From Thermoplasmata archaeon (lineage in GTDB: Archaea; Thermoplasmatota; DTKX01; JAHFTX01), in contig JAHFTX010000009.1 in NCBI GenBank assembly GCA_023265395.1, positions 12,308 to 76,307 of the forward strand: a stretch of DNA of 64,000 nucleotides. The letters run 5' to 3'. Every line of letters begins with the position of its first letter. The first letter of the stretch is position 1. This document shows positions 27,853 through 36,775 of the stretch, in pieces. The notes under the pieces were generated by a model. The model had not been told where the DNA came from. It saw nothing but the letters and a program-made list of their open reading frames with translations, and made no database searches. A program made the translations under genes and the position numbers.

Positions 27853-30800
27853 ATGACGCGTTCGTCCCCCTGCGCTCTCGTGGCGCTGCGCTCGGTGCCT
27901 GCGATGATGGTCGTGCTGCTGCTCCTGTTCCCCTCGGCAAGTTTGGCTGCCGCCCCCGAAGGCGACAGCGCTGAGGGAACGCTGCTTGGATCGGTCCGGC
28001 CGATCGCCACGGTCGAGAGCCTCCCCCTTGCGGCATCGTCGGTCACCGACGACCGCGGAGCGGCCATCTTGCGCGCGCCGTTGCCTGTCCTGGCAGCCTT
28101 GGAGGTCGAGCACCTCGAGTTGCAGGGGGGAACGCTCCCACAGGAGCGACTGGTGCACTCGGCGACCACTCAGGACGAACCTGCGCTCGAGGTCCATGTG
28201 GACGCACAAGGGACGCCGCTGGTCGGCATCAAGGGCAAGAAGGTGGGCGCCGCGGCGCTCCATCTCGAAGCGTCGACCTTCGCTCAGGCCACCGGGGGGA
28301 CCATCAGCGGTGAGCTCGAGGTCCCTGCGACCTTGCGCATCGACGCCGCGGTCGTGCAGGTGCTCCCCCCGCCGATAGACTCCCAGTGGGTCTATCCCGC
28401 AGCGCGTTGGCGCACGGACCTCACCCTCGTCTCCCCCGGGCCGCTCGCCGAGCAGCTGGTGGACCTGATCGTACCAATCGAGGAGGGCTGGGAAGTCCGA
28501 GAGGCGGGCTCAGGGCCGACCTCCCCTCCGCTGTCGCTGTGTGCAGGGATCGCCCTGACGTGGCATCCTGCCAGCGGCCCACAGCAGGAACTGCCCTTCG
28601 AGATGCTCGGCGTCGCGTCGACGCGCGAGGGCCGCTCGCTGCTGGTGCGAACGCTGTTGCCGCAGCGGAGCACGGATCACATCGAACTCTCCGTCTATCG
28701 GGGTAGCGTCCCGTTGCCGGGGATGCAGAGCGACTTCGGTGGCGGCGACTTCGTCCTGCGGCCCCGCATCGGGTTGGAGGCTTTTGCAGCGGCAGACACC
28801 TCCGCAGGAGTCGGCTCGGCGATCGGAGCGCCCCTGGACGTGGCGATCGCGCCTGACGGGTATGTGGCCGTGACGGATGCGGGGAGATCGCAAGTGCGGC
28901 TCTACGACTCCGAGCTGGTCCTTCGTCGAGTGATCGGCGCCGATGGTGGGAGCTCCTACCCGACCAGTTTCTCCAAGCCCCAGGGGATAGCCTTCGCCGC
29001 CAAGGGGGCGGCGATGGCCATCGCCGACACCGGCAATGGTCGGGTACAACTGATCGACCGCCAGGGCGAGCTGATCGGCATCCTCGATTCGACGGCGGGC
29101 CAGTCCGACGCGCTGAGTTTCCCAACCGACGTCACCATCGACGGGAACGGTCGCGTGCTGGCCTCCGACCCGCAGCGGGGAGCGGTGTTCCGGTTCGCTC
29201 CCACCTCCGGACCGGGGGAGCGGCTCCTCGAAGGGACCGACCTCGGCTGGCCCAGGGCGATCGCCGAACGCCAGGGGGACCTGTTCGTGCTCGACGAAGG
29301 TTCCGATTCGGTCTCGCGGTACGCTCTGGCAGGGGTCGGCGGCCCTGACCCCTTTGGCCCGCTGCACTTGGCCACGACGTTTGCGCTGGCTGTCGGTGAT
29401 GCGACCGCAGCACTCTCGAGCGGTGGGGAGGAGGGTGTGCTCTTGGCACAGCCTCAAGGCGGTGCCCCGCTGCGGCTGGACGCTCCGGTCTTGCGCCACC
29501 CCCGTGGCATGGCGTTCGATGACCTGGGGCGGCTGTGGGTCGCCGACAGCGGACGCGCGCAAGTGGTCCTCTTCCATCGGTTGACCATCTCCACCAGCCC
29601 GACGCTCGAGGAGCCCGTGCTCGAATCCGCCACGTTGCAGCTTGGGACGCTCGAGTTCCTCCTCTCCCCCTCTTCTACGGTGTCGAGCGAGGTCCCGATC
29701 CCTCCCACGGGGATCCTCCTGGATGCTGGGGCCCTCAGCTGGGAGTTGCGTTGGAGCGGCTCGACCTCCCCCGCCGGCATGAACCTGGTCGTGAGTGGCC
29801 CGTGGTTGCTGCCGCTAGGGAGTTGCACGGCGTGCGTCGATGTCGGAGTTGATGGGGAGAATGTCCTACAGATGAGCGTCGAGATCGACCCCGACCTGCC
29901 CCTCTCCCACCCACCCATCGCGCTGGCGATCGAGGGTCTTGCCTTGGGGGTCGTTGGGATCCACTGGCCAGCCGAGTTGCCTCTGCTGGCACAATCGCCG
30001 CTGCCCTGCGACTCACCCGTGAGAGTCCTGCGCCTGTTGCCACTGCCAAACCCGTGGCAGCCCAAGCAGACCCTCCCACTCGCTCTGACGATCGATGATG
30101 GGGGGAATAGCTCGAGCGCAGTTGTCGATGATCGGGGTATCCTCACCGTCGATTGCGATCCGACGGTGGGGATGACGCAACGTGCCCTGACTCTCCGACT
30201 GGTCCTCGCGCCGCTGCTGCCCACCGGTCCGCTCCCGGAGGCGGCCCTCCAGAGGTTGCTGTTGGGCTGGCCCACACCCGTGCCGCAGGTCTCGATCATC
30301 GCAGCCACCGAGGCAGAGGTCACTAGCCGTGGAGCACTGGTCGTACCGGCATCGGCGGTCGTCGAACCTGCCGAAGCCGCCGCCAACCTCCAATTGAGCC
30401 TCGAACCGAGCTTGCCCGACCTGGCGTGGGATGGCCAGAACGTCACCTGGCTCCATCCGCTGCCGGAGGTCGGGCAGCTCGAGCTCGTCGCCGTCGTAGG
30501 GGCGATCGAGGTCCGCCAGGCGTTACTGCTCCGCTGGGAGATCCCCCCATCCCGATGGGAGGCGACGGTAGAACCGATTGGTGAGGTCCAGGCCGGCAGT
30601 CAGCTCCGAGCCCGCATGCTCTTGCTCGAGGACGGGACCGTCGTCGATCGTCCGCTGCTGCTGCTCGATGGCCCAAAGGGGCTGCTGCTGCTCGAGGACG
30701 GGACCGTCCTCTGGAACATCCCTTGGGACGCTCCCCCTTTGGTGACGCTGACGGTCGACGCCGCGCTCGAGCAGCCCTTGCGGGCGACGATCGCCATCGA

Positions 30801-31719
30801 GCCGCTGCCGGTGCAGGTCGATCTGGCAGACGACCTCGCCAGCGGTCTGCTCCAAGGCGACATCCTAGGCTCGACGATCCACTGGAGCATCCCTCCGACG
30901 CTCATCAGCCAGGTCCCGCTGCCAGCGGTGCGGTTGCAGCTCGACGGGGGGGTATGGCGTTCTCCCGCGACCATGGGACAGTCTCACGGGCACGGGTCCG
31001 CGGTCGCTTCCGTCGGCACCGGCGCTCTCGAGCCAGGGTCGCATCGCGTCTTGTGGCGTGTCGACTTCGGCCCGCTGCGATTCGAACGGACCCACACCTT
31101 CGTGATCGGCACCGGTCCTGCGACGATCGAGCCCGTCGCCGCCTCTGTGACACTCCCGCTGACCTCGACGACGCTCGTCGTGGCGCTGAGCTTCGCCATC
31201 GCCCTGAGCGTGGCGGTGCGCTGGCGCGCCGCCCGCAAGGCCCCTTTCGTGGCCACCCCGTCGCCGACCGAGGCGCCGCCCCAGGCGCGGGACCCTCACC
31301 CCGGCGAGGGGGGCGACCTGCCCACCTCCGACGAGGAGGAAGGGCCATCGCCCGCCGTCGGGTCGGCGCCGCAGATGGTCACCTCGACGGTACCGACCGA
31401 ACCGATGCCGCTTCCCCCGCCGCCCCCGTGGTGGAAGGGTCCCCCGCTTCCGCACGTGACCGCCACCCAAGATGTACCGCTCCGCTGTGGGCTGTGCTTT
31501 GGGCTTTTCAAGCACGAGGTCGACCGCTGGGCGTGTCCCTGCGGGAGCCTGCTGCACCTGAGTTGCTCCCTGCGGGCAGGCCGCTGCCCCAGTTGCAAAC
31601 AGGCGCCACTGGGCCCACTCCCCACCAAGGGCGGCTCGGCGACGACCGGCCTGCCCTTCCTGCGGGCAAGCCCTCCCCCGCCGTTTGTTGCGGCCCCCTC
31701 GACGGAGGTGACGTCATGA
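27853..31719 (+). CDS. NHL-repeat beta-propeller surface protein, single TM, cytoplasmic Pro-rich linker and C4HC3 cross-brace-type zinc finger
   Basis: Signal peptide CALVALRSVPAMMVVLLLLFPSASLAAAPEG. NHL-like blades include LDVAIAPDGYVAVTDAGRSQVRLYD, PQGIAFAAKGAAMAIADTGNGRVQLID, PTDVTIDGNGRVLASDPQRGAVFRF and PRGMAFDDLGRLWVADSGRAQVVLF. TM TLVVALSFAIALSVAV lies at about nt 31147-31222. Then PLPPPPPWWKGPPLP, and C-x2-C-x12-C-x-C-x4-H-x2-C-x6-C-x2-C at nt 31486-31596. Confidence 0.8.
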   Translation: MTRSSPCALVALRSVPAMMVVLLLLFPSASLAAAPEGDSAEGTLLGSVRPIATVESLPLAASSVTDDRGAAILRAPLPVLAALEVEHLELQGGTLPQERLVHSATTQDEPALEVHVDAQGTPLVGIKGKKVGAAALHLEASTFAQATGGTISGELEVPATLRIDAAVVQVLPPPIDSQWVYPAARWRTDLTLVSPGPLAEQLVDLIVPIEEGWEVREAGSGPTSPPLSLCAGIALTWHPASGPQQELPFEMLGVASTREGRSLLVRTLLPQRSTDHIELSVYRGSVPLPGMQSDFGGGDFVLRPRIGLEAFAAADTSAGVGSAIGAPLDVAIAPDGYVAVTDAGRSQVRLYDSELVLRRVIGADGGSSYPTSFSKPQGIAFAAKGAAMAIADTGNGRVQLIDRQGELIGILDSTAGQSDALSFPTDVTIDGNGRVLASDPQRGAVFRFAPTSGPGERLLEGTDLGWPRAIAERQGDLFVLDEGSDSVSRYALAGVGGPDPFGPLHLATTFALAVGDATAALSSGGEEGVLLAQPQGGAPLRLDAPVLRHPRGMAFDDLGRLWVADSGRAQVVLFHRLTISTSPTLEEPVLESATLQLGTLEFLLSPSSTVSSEVPIPPTGILLDAGALSWELRWSGSTSPAGMNLVVSGPWLLPLGSCTACVDVGVDGENVLQMSVEIDPDLPLSHPPIALAIEGLALGVVGIHWPAELPLLAQSPLPCDSPVRVLRLLPLPNPWQPKQTLPLALTIDDGGNSSSAVVDDRGILTVDCDPTVGMTQRALTLRLVLAPLLPTGPLPEAALQRLLLGWPTPVPQVSIIAATEAEVTSRGALVVPASAVVEPAEAAANLQLSLEPSLPDLAWDGQNVTWLHPLPEVGQLELVAVVGAIEVRQALLLRWEIPPSRWEATVEPIGEVQAGSQLRARMLLLEDGTVVDRPLLLLDGPKGLLLLEDGTVLWNIPWDAPPLVTLTVDAALEQPLRATIAIEPLPVQVDLADDLASGLLQGDILGSTIHWSIPPTLISQVPLPAVRLQLDGGVWRSPATMGQSHGHGSAVASVGTGALEPGSHRVLWRVDFGPLRFERTHTFVIGTGPATIEPVAASVTLPLTSTTLVVALSFAIALSVAVRWRAARKAPFVATPSPTEAPPQARDPHPGEGGDLPTSDEEEGPSPAVGSAPQMVTSTVPTEPMPLPPPPPWWKGPPLPHVTATQDVPLRCGLCFGLFKHEVDRWACPCGSLLHLSCSLRAGRCPSCKQAPLGPLPTKGGSATTGLPFLRASPPPPFVAAPSTEVTS

Positions 31720-32051
31720 ATCCGCGCACGCCGCCAGCTGAAACCACAACTGATAAGTACCCTGCCCCAAGTCGCATCGCTGCGACCGACGGGGAGCGGA
31801 CCGGCGACATGGATGCCAAGGCAATCTTGATGGCCGTCGAGGAACGGCGCCGCTGGGAACAGCGCCGTACCGACCTGCTGGGCGAGCTGCGCGCGATGCC
31901 CTTCCGGGAGCGTCGCCGACGCACCGGTGACCTCCAGCGGATCGACCACATGCTCGCCTACTATGACGGGCTGGTGCGCGACATGAAGCGCAAGGTCCAA
32001 CGTGGGACCTCTGTCAACACGTTCCTTGACCGATTCGGAGCCTCCGAGTAG
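31716..32051 (+). CDS. Small (111 aa) predicted helical/coiled-coil protein, translationally coupled to the NHL/zinc-finger gene
   Basis: ATG 31716 overlaps stop TGA 31717-31719 (ATGA). It is the in-frame tail of track ORF 30723..32051, whose upstream part is a shadow of the NHL gene. The sequence is charged and heptad-like (AILMAVEERRRWEQRRTDLLGELRAM...LAYYDGLVRDMKRKVQ). An alternative start is ATG 31809 (MDAKAIL). Confidence 0.5.
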   Translation: MNPRTPPAETTTDKYPAPSRIAATDGERTGDMDAKAILMAVEERRRWEQRRTDLLGELRAMPFRERRRRTGDLQRIDHMLAYYDGLVRDMKRKVQRGTSVNTFLDRFGASE

Positions 32052-32062
32052 TGCCACTCCGC

Positions 32063-33757
32063 TTACGCTGCAGAAGGTAGTGCCCCGACACCCTCGGGCT
32101 CGACGGTCCCCTCGAGACGCAGCTCCAGAGCGACCGTCGGAGCGGCCAGACCAAAGGCTTCGAGCATCGCCGGATGGATCTCGCCGAGCACCCCGACCTC
32201 CCGATGGTCGGCGGTCAGGAGGATGCCCACCCTGCCGACGATGAACCCTGCCCGCTCACGAGCGATCATCTGCGCGTCGACGCCCAAGTCCTGCAGGAGC
32301 CGCTGCCCGACGCCCTTGATATCGCTCCAGCCGACCTTCGATGCGATCCACACCAGCCCAAGGGCGCGCACGTTGCGATGGTCGATGATCACGTCTCCGA
32401 CCTCGAAGATCCGTTGCGGCAAGTCGTTCTGACGGTTGAGCCGCAACTGGCCCAGCAGCCCCGGCAGCAGCGAGGTGCGCAGCAGCGTCTGCTCATCGCT
32501 GGTGGGATTGCTGATGCGCGTGGGGTTGGGTGGTGGCAACCCCGAGGTCCCGTACTGTTCGAGGTCGTTGCTGAGGGTGAAACCCACCATCTCGGTGAAC
32601 CCCATGCCCAGCGCGCCGATGCGCGCACGAGAATCGACGAGCCGCAGCGGCAGGGGGCGACCAAAGGTCTGGGCGGTGGGCAGCGAGCCGCCGAACCGGT
32701 CGAAGCCGTATCCGATGGCGACCTCCTCGAGCCAATCGACCGCGTGGAGGAAGTCGACGCGGTAGGCCGGTGTCGCCACCTGCACCGTACGGCCATCGGC
32801 GGCGGGCTTGGCCTCATGGCCCATGCGCGCGAGGCACTGCGCGACCTTCGCGGCATCCAGGGGGACGCCCAGAAGGGCGCACGCCTGGTCCACGGCCACG
32901 ACAGCGGCGCGGGGTCTGAGGTCCGGAGCGACCAGGCTGCCATCGGGGCGCACGATGGTCACCGCCTCGAGCACGCCGCCGCGCTCGAGGAGCATGGTCA
33001 TCATGACGTTGAGCGCGGCGGCGACCGCGGTGCCGTCGGTGCCGGTGATGTCGAGGAAAAGGTCCGTCGTACGCGCCGTCACGGCGCTGTGCGTGCCGTT
33101 GATGATCGGTGGCATGCTCAGCACGCGCCGTTGTGAATCGAGGATGATGGGGACCGGACCGCGCTTCGGCAACAGGTGGGCGTAGGCGACTCCCTTCGGA
33201 TGCTCCCGCAGGATCGTGGCGATTTCCTGCTCGTGGGTCGGCCCCTCGGGGCCAAGCGCCGAGAGCGGGGCGAAGCTGAAGTCCCGTCCGACCGCCTTGT
33301 ACTCGAAGGGTGGGCTGAGGGAACGCAAGTCGTGCAGGCCGATCGAGACCTTGGCCCGCTGCCGCCCCAGCGTGAGGTCGAGCTTCTCCTGCAAACCGAT
33401 CAACGAGGTGATGGTGGGATCGTCAAGGTGCAGGTTCCGCGCGATCCCACAGACGATGTGGGGACGCAGGGGCACGACCGAAGGGTGGACCTTGAGGCTC
33501 ACCGTGGGTGCGCTCACCGCAAAGTGCACGGTCGGTGTCCCTAGGCCAAGGTAGCACCGCAACGCCCGGGCAATCCCCTCGACGCTGTAGCAGTCGGGCC
33601 GGTTGGGGAAGAATTCCACCGCCAGCTCATCGCCCTCGACATGGTCGATGTCACAGCCCATCAGCGGGAGCTGCGCAAGCAGCGTCTCCCGTGGAGGTGG
33701 CGAGCCCAACAGGCGCTCGAGCTCCGGAAGCTGGACTGAGATGACGGGCATCATCAC
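32063..33757 (-). CDS. pheT: Phenylalanyl-tRNA synthetase beta subunit (archaeal type)
   Basis: MPVISVQLPELERLLG...LPLMGCDIDHVEGDELAVEFFPNRPDCYSVEGIARALR is the typical archaeal PheT N-terminus. Length is about 560 aa. Three consecutive Met codons sit at the start. Confidence 0.9.
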   Translation of the reverse strand: MMMPVISVQLPELERLLGSPPPRETLLAQLPLMGCDIDHVEGDELAVEFFPNRPDCYSVEGIARALRCYLGLGTPTVHFAVSAPTVSLKVHPSVVPLRPHIVCGIARNLHLDDPTITSLIGLQEKLDLTLGRQRAKVSIGLHDLRSLSPPFEYKAVGRDFSFAPLSALGPEGPTHEQEIATILREHPKGVAYAHLLPKRGPVPIILDSQRRVLSMPPIINGTHSAVTARTTDLFLDITGTDGTAVAAALNVMMTMLLERGGVLEAVTIVRPDGSLVAPDLRPRAAVVAVDQACALLGVPLDAAKVAQCLARMGHEAKPAADGRTVQVATPAYRVDFLHAVDWLEEVAIGYGFDRFGGSLPTAQTFGRPLPLRLVDSRARIGALGMGFTEMVGFTLSNDLEQYGTSGLPPPNPTRISNPTSDEQTLLRTSLLPGLLGQLRLNRQNDLPQRIFEVGDVIIDHRNVRALGLVWIASKVGWSDIKGVGQRLLQDLGVDAQMIARERAGFIVGRVGILLTADHREVGVLGEIHPAMLEAFGLAAPTVALELRLEGTVEPEGVGALPSAA

Positions 33758-33776
33758 AGCAGCAGGGTAGGCCCAT

Positions 33777-34283
33777 ATGAGCGTAGCTCAGACATCGCAG
33801 ACCGACGACCTTATCGACGACCTGTGGAGCAGCGGGTTGGCAGGCATGCGTCGCGTATTGCCGCGGGCCCCGAGGCTCTCCGTCCTGATGCTACAGGTGG
33901 GTCTGCTCGCCACCAGCATCGCAGTGTCGTTGCTGATTTGGTGGGCACTCCGCGGTCTTGGCGATACGGGACCTCTTCGGGTGTTTCCGTCAGGCCCCTC
34001 CAACTTCCCCATGGCCGTGGCTGCTCTGCCACTCCTTGGACTGGGTCTGCTGCTGATCGCTTTCGGGTGGCTGCTCGGGCCAGGGATCCGGGAGGAGAGC
34101 TTCGACGAGGAACCCGAGCTGGGGGAACATCCCCCCTCCGCCTTGGTGATGCTCGGCCCTGTGCCGTTCGTCCTCGGAGGAGATGCGACGACCCGGCCTC
34201 GGTTGGCACAACTCGGCTGGGCACTGGGTGTGGCAATCGCTCTGGTGATCGTGGTGACTATCGTCTGGTCGATGCTATCCTAG
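33777..34283 (+). CDS. Small hypothetical membrane protein (3-4 TM)
   Basis: Hydrophobic segments LSVLMLQVGLLATSIAVSLLIWWAL, AVAALPLLGLGLLLIAFGWLL and LGWALGVAIALVIVVTIVW. No recognisable motif. The start is uncertain because it lies only 19 nt from the divergent pheT. Confidence 0.45.
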   Translation: MSVAQTSQTDDLIDDLWSSGLAGMRRVLPRAPRLSVLMLQVGLLATSIAVSLLIWWALRGLGDTGPLRVFPSGPSNFPMAVAALPLLGLGLLLIAFGWLLGPGIREESFDEEPELGEHPPSALVMLGPVPFVLGGDATTRPRLAQLGWALGVAIALVIVVTIVWSMLS

Positions 34284-34289
34284 CCCGCC

Positions 34290-34745
34290 CTAGGTCGAGT
34301 CGGTGTCGGGGGCGTCGACGAGCTTCTGGATCCACCAGCGGCTGTCGCCCTGCTGGTGCCGCTCCATGCGCAACCCATCGAGGACGAGGATGGTGACCTC
34401 TGCCAAGACGCACACGGAGCCGCCGAAGAGGTGTCCGCCCACCACCTTGTTCTCCTGGTCGGAGAGGATCCCGTGCAGGTGGACCAGGGGCTGGTCCTCG
34501 GGCTGCCGCCAGTTGAGCGAGCCCTGCAGGGAGAGAAGCTCCAGGGGTCCATGGAAGGGGTTGCGCAGGTAGGTCCCTTCAGAGGTCAGGTAGGCCAGCT
34601 CGAAGTCGCGTAACATCCCTACCCCGCTGACGACCACACCGCCCTGGAGCCCCTCACGGCGTTGGACCGTGGCGATGGAATCCCCCAGCTGCTCGCCGTC
34701 GGCGAGCAAAAGGTAGAGGAGCTGCCCCTCACGCCGGTACTCCAT
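34290..34745 (-). CDS. PPC/DUF296 domain protein
   Basis: GPLELLSLQGSL...PLVHLHGILSDQENKVVGGHLFGGSVCVLAEVTILVL matches the PPC (PF03479) pattern. Start set at ATG 34745 (MEYRREG), 19 nt downstream of the acyl-CoA dehydrogenase gene. Confidence 0.7.
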   Translation of the reverse strand: MEYRREGQLLYLLLADGEQLGDSIATVQRREGLQGGVVVSGVGMLRDFELAYLTSEGTYLRNPFHGPLELLSLQGSLNWRQPEDQPLVHLHGILSDQENKVVGGHLFGGSVCVLAEVTILVLDGLRMERHQQGDSRWWIQKLVDAPDTDST

Positions 34746-34764
34746 CGTGGTGGCTCCGCCGCTC

Positions 34765-35907
34765 CTACCGTAGGCCCAGCTGGCCGGCGATGACGACGCG
34801 CTGGATCTCGTTGGTCCCCTCGTAGATCTCGGTGATCTTCGAGTCGCGGTAGAACCGCTCCACAGGATAGTCCTTCGAATAGCCGTAGCCCCCATAGATC
34901 TGCACGGCCTTTCGCGCAGCAGTCACGCAGGCCTCGGCCGCGAAGAGCTTGGCCATGGCGCTGCTCATGATGTAGTCAGCACCCGTGTCCTCGTGCCACG
35001 CGGCACGGTAGGTCAGCAGCCGTGAGACTTCGACGTCGGTGGCAATGTCGGCGAGCATCCACTGGATCGCCTGCATCTGGCCCAGCGTCTTGCCAAAGGC
35101 CTCGCGCACCTTTGCATAGGCGACCGCCTCGTCGAGGCACCCCTGGGCGATCCCCAGCGCCTGGGCAGCGATGCCGATGCGCCCGCCGTTGAGGGTGTTC
35201 ATGGCCACCTTGAACCCCTGGCCGACCTCGCCGAGCACGTTCTCCTTGGGAATCCGCACGTTGCTGAGGAAGATCTCCGTGGTCGCCGTCGCCCGGATCC
35301 CCATCTTCTCCTCCTCGGTGCCCACGGTCAAGCCATCGACGTCTCGAGGCACGATGAAGGCCGTGATCCCCTTGTAGCGCTTGGCGGGCTCCGTCATGGC
35401 GAAGAGGACGTAGGTCTGCGCGGCGCCACCGCAGGTGATGAAGATCTTGTTGCCGTTGAGCAGCCAGGAGTCACCGTCGAGGACGGCGGTGGCCTTCTGC
35501 TTGGCCGCATCGGAGCCGGCAGCCGGCTCGGTCAGCGCATAGGCACCTAGCTCCTCGCCCTTGGCCATGGGCACGAGGTAGCGCTGCTTCTGCTCCTCCG
35601 TGCCATAGTGGAGGATCGGCCAGCACGCCAGCGAGTTGTTGACCGAGACGATCACGCCGTGGCTGGCGCAGATGCGGCTGAGCTCCTCGATCGCGATGGC
35701 GTAGCTGACCGTGTCGGTGCCACTGCCACCGTACTCGGGGGGCACGACCATCCCCAGCAGGCCCAACTGCGCCATCTTCTTGACGGTCGCCAGGGGGAAC
35801 TCGCCGCTCTTGTCGATGGCCTTGGCGATCGGCGCGACCTCCCGCTGGGCGAACTCCCGCACCATCGCCCGGATGAGCTGCTGCTGCTCGCTGTGCTCGA
35901 AGTCCAC
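34765..35907 (-). CDS. Acyl-CoA dehydrogenase (short/medium-chain, butyryl-CoA dehydrogenase-like)
   Basis: Full-length ACAD: FEHSEQQQLIRAMVREFAQREVAP, ALTEPAAGSDAA, QIYGGYGYSKDYPVERFYRDSKITEIYEGTNEIQRVVIA. Confidence 0.93.
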   Translation of the reverse strand: MDFEHSEQQQLIRAMVREFAQREVAPIAKAIDKSGEFPLATVKKMAQLGLLGMVVPPEYGGSGTDTVSYAIAIEELSRICASHGVIVSVNNSLACWPILHYGTEEQKQRYLVPMAKGEELGAYALTEPAAGSDAAKQKATAVLDGDSWLLNGNKIFITCGGAAQTYVLFAMTEPAKRYKGITAFIVPRDVDGLTVGTEEEKMGIRATATTEIFLSNVRIPKENVLGEVGQGFKVAMNTLNGGRIGIAAQALGIAQGCLDEAVAYAKVREAFGKTLGQMQAIQWMLADIATDVEVSRLLTYRAAWHEDTGADYIMSSAMAKLFAAEACVTAARKAVQIYGGYGYSKDYPVERFYRDSKITEIYEGTNEIQRVVIAGQLGLR

Positions 35908-35942
35908 GGCCGACGCCCCAGCGCCGGACGAACCGAAGCGGT

Positions 35943-35950
35943 CTTAACTG
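35943..35950 (+). promoter_or_regulatory. TATA-like box CTTAACTG upstream of queE
   Basis: Centred about 28 nt upstream of ATG 35975, consistent with a leaderless transcript. Confidence 0.4.
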
Positions 35951-35974
35951 TATGGTGCCCAGGGGGGAACTACC

Positions 35975-36607
35975 ATGACCCTGCGGGTGACCGAGGTGTT
36001 CCGATCCCTCCAAGGGGAAGGGTTGCAGCAGGGGACGCCGATGGCGTTCGTACGCTTGACCGGCTGTCCCTTGCGGTGTAGCTGGTGCGACACGACCTAC
36101 TCGTTCCGCGGCGGGACGACCCTGAGCGAGCGGCAGGTCCTCTCGGCGGTGCGTTCGCTGGGATGTTCCTGGGTCTCACTGACGGGTGGAGAGCCGTTGG
36201 CGCAGGATCTCAACGTGCTGACTGAGCTGCTCCTGGGGGAGGGCTTCAAGATCCACCTCGAGACTGGTGGGAGCGAGCCTCTCGCTGCTCTGCGTACCCA
36301 CCCCCAGGTCCACATCGCGATGGATTTGAAGTGCCCAAGCAGCGGCATGGCCGGGCGGAACCTCCTGGCGAACCTCGGACTCCTCAAGGTGACCGACGAG
36401 GTCAAGTTCGTCATCGGCGACAGTGCCGACCTCGCCTTCGTCCGAGGGCTGCTCAGCCGCCATCCGCTCCCCTGCAGCGGTGTCCTCCAGCCTGTCTTTG
36501 GGGCCCCACTCGGCTCGACCCTCAAACAGGCGCAAGAGGATCCTCTCCCCCTGCTCTATCGAGTCCAGCTGCACAAGCACCTCTACGGCCAGCGAGCGGG
36601 TACCTAG
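35975..36607 (+). CDS. queE: 7-carboxy-7-deazaguanine synthase QueE (radical SAM; archaeosine/queuosine precursor pathway)
   Basis: VTEVFRSLQGEG, a radical-SAM cluster motif CPLRCSWCDT, and a size of about 210 aa typical of QueE. Confidence 0.85.
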   Translation: MTLRVTEVFRSLQGEGLQQGTPMAFVRLTGCPLRCSWCDTTYSFRGGTTLSERQVLSAVRSLGCSWVSLTGGEPLAQDLNVLTELLLGEGFKIHLETGGSEPLAALRTHPQVHIAMDLKCPSSGMAGRNLLANLGLLKVTDEVKFVIGDSADLAFVRGLLSRHPLPCSGVLQPVFGAPLGSTLKQAQEDPLPLLYRVQLHKHLYGQRAGT

Positions 36608-36775
36608 CCGGACATGGCCCAGCTCCTCGCAACGACCCCTCCTCCCTGAAGGGGGCCCACCGTAGCGTTCATATACGCTTTGGAGGGTGACGCGGCCCAA
36701 GTCGCACTAGAATAGGGGCGCCCCCACCACCGACGTGCCTGTTGGCCGACTGGTCTGCCCTAAGGACTGTTCCCC

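Noticed and set aside
30723-31715. Upstream 331 codons of track ORF 30723..32051
   Set aside because: This part lies entirely within the NHL/zinc-finger gene in another frame and is Arg/Ala/Gly/Pro-rich. Only the last 111 codons, from the ATGA overlap, were kept, with moderate confidence.
27853-31719. Homology of the NHL/zinc-finger protein to eukaryotic TRIM-NHL E3 ligases
   Set aside because: The domain order is reversed and the two domains lie on opposite sides of the membrane. B-box and coiled-coil regions are absent. The shared domain types are more safely treated as independent combination until tested.
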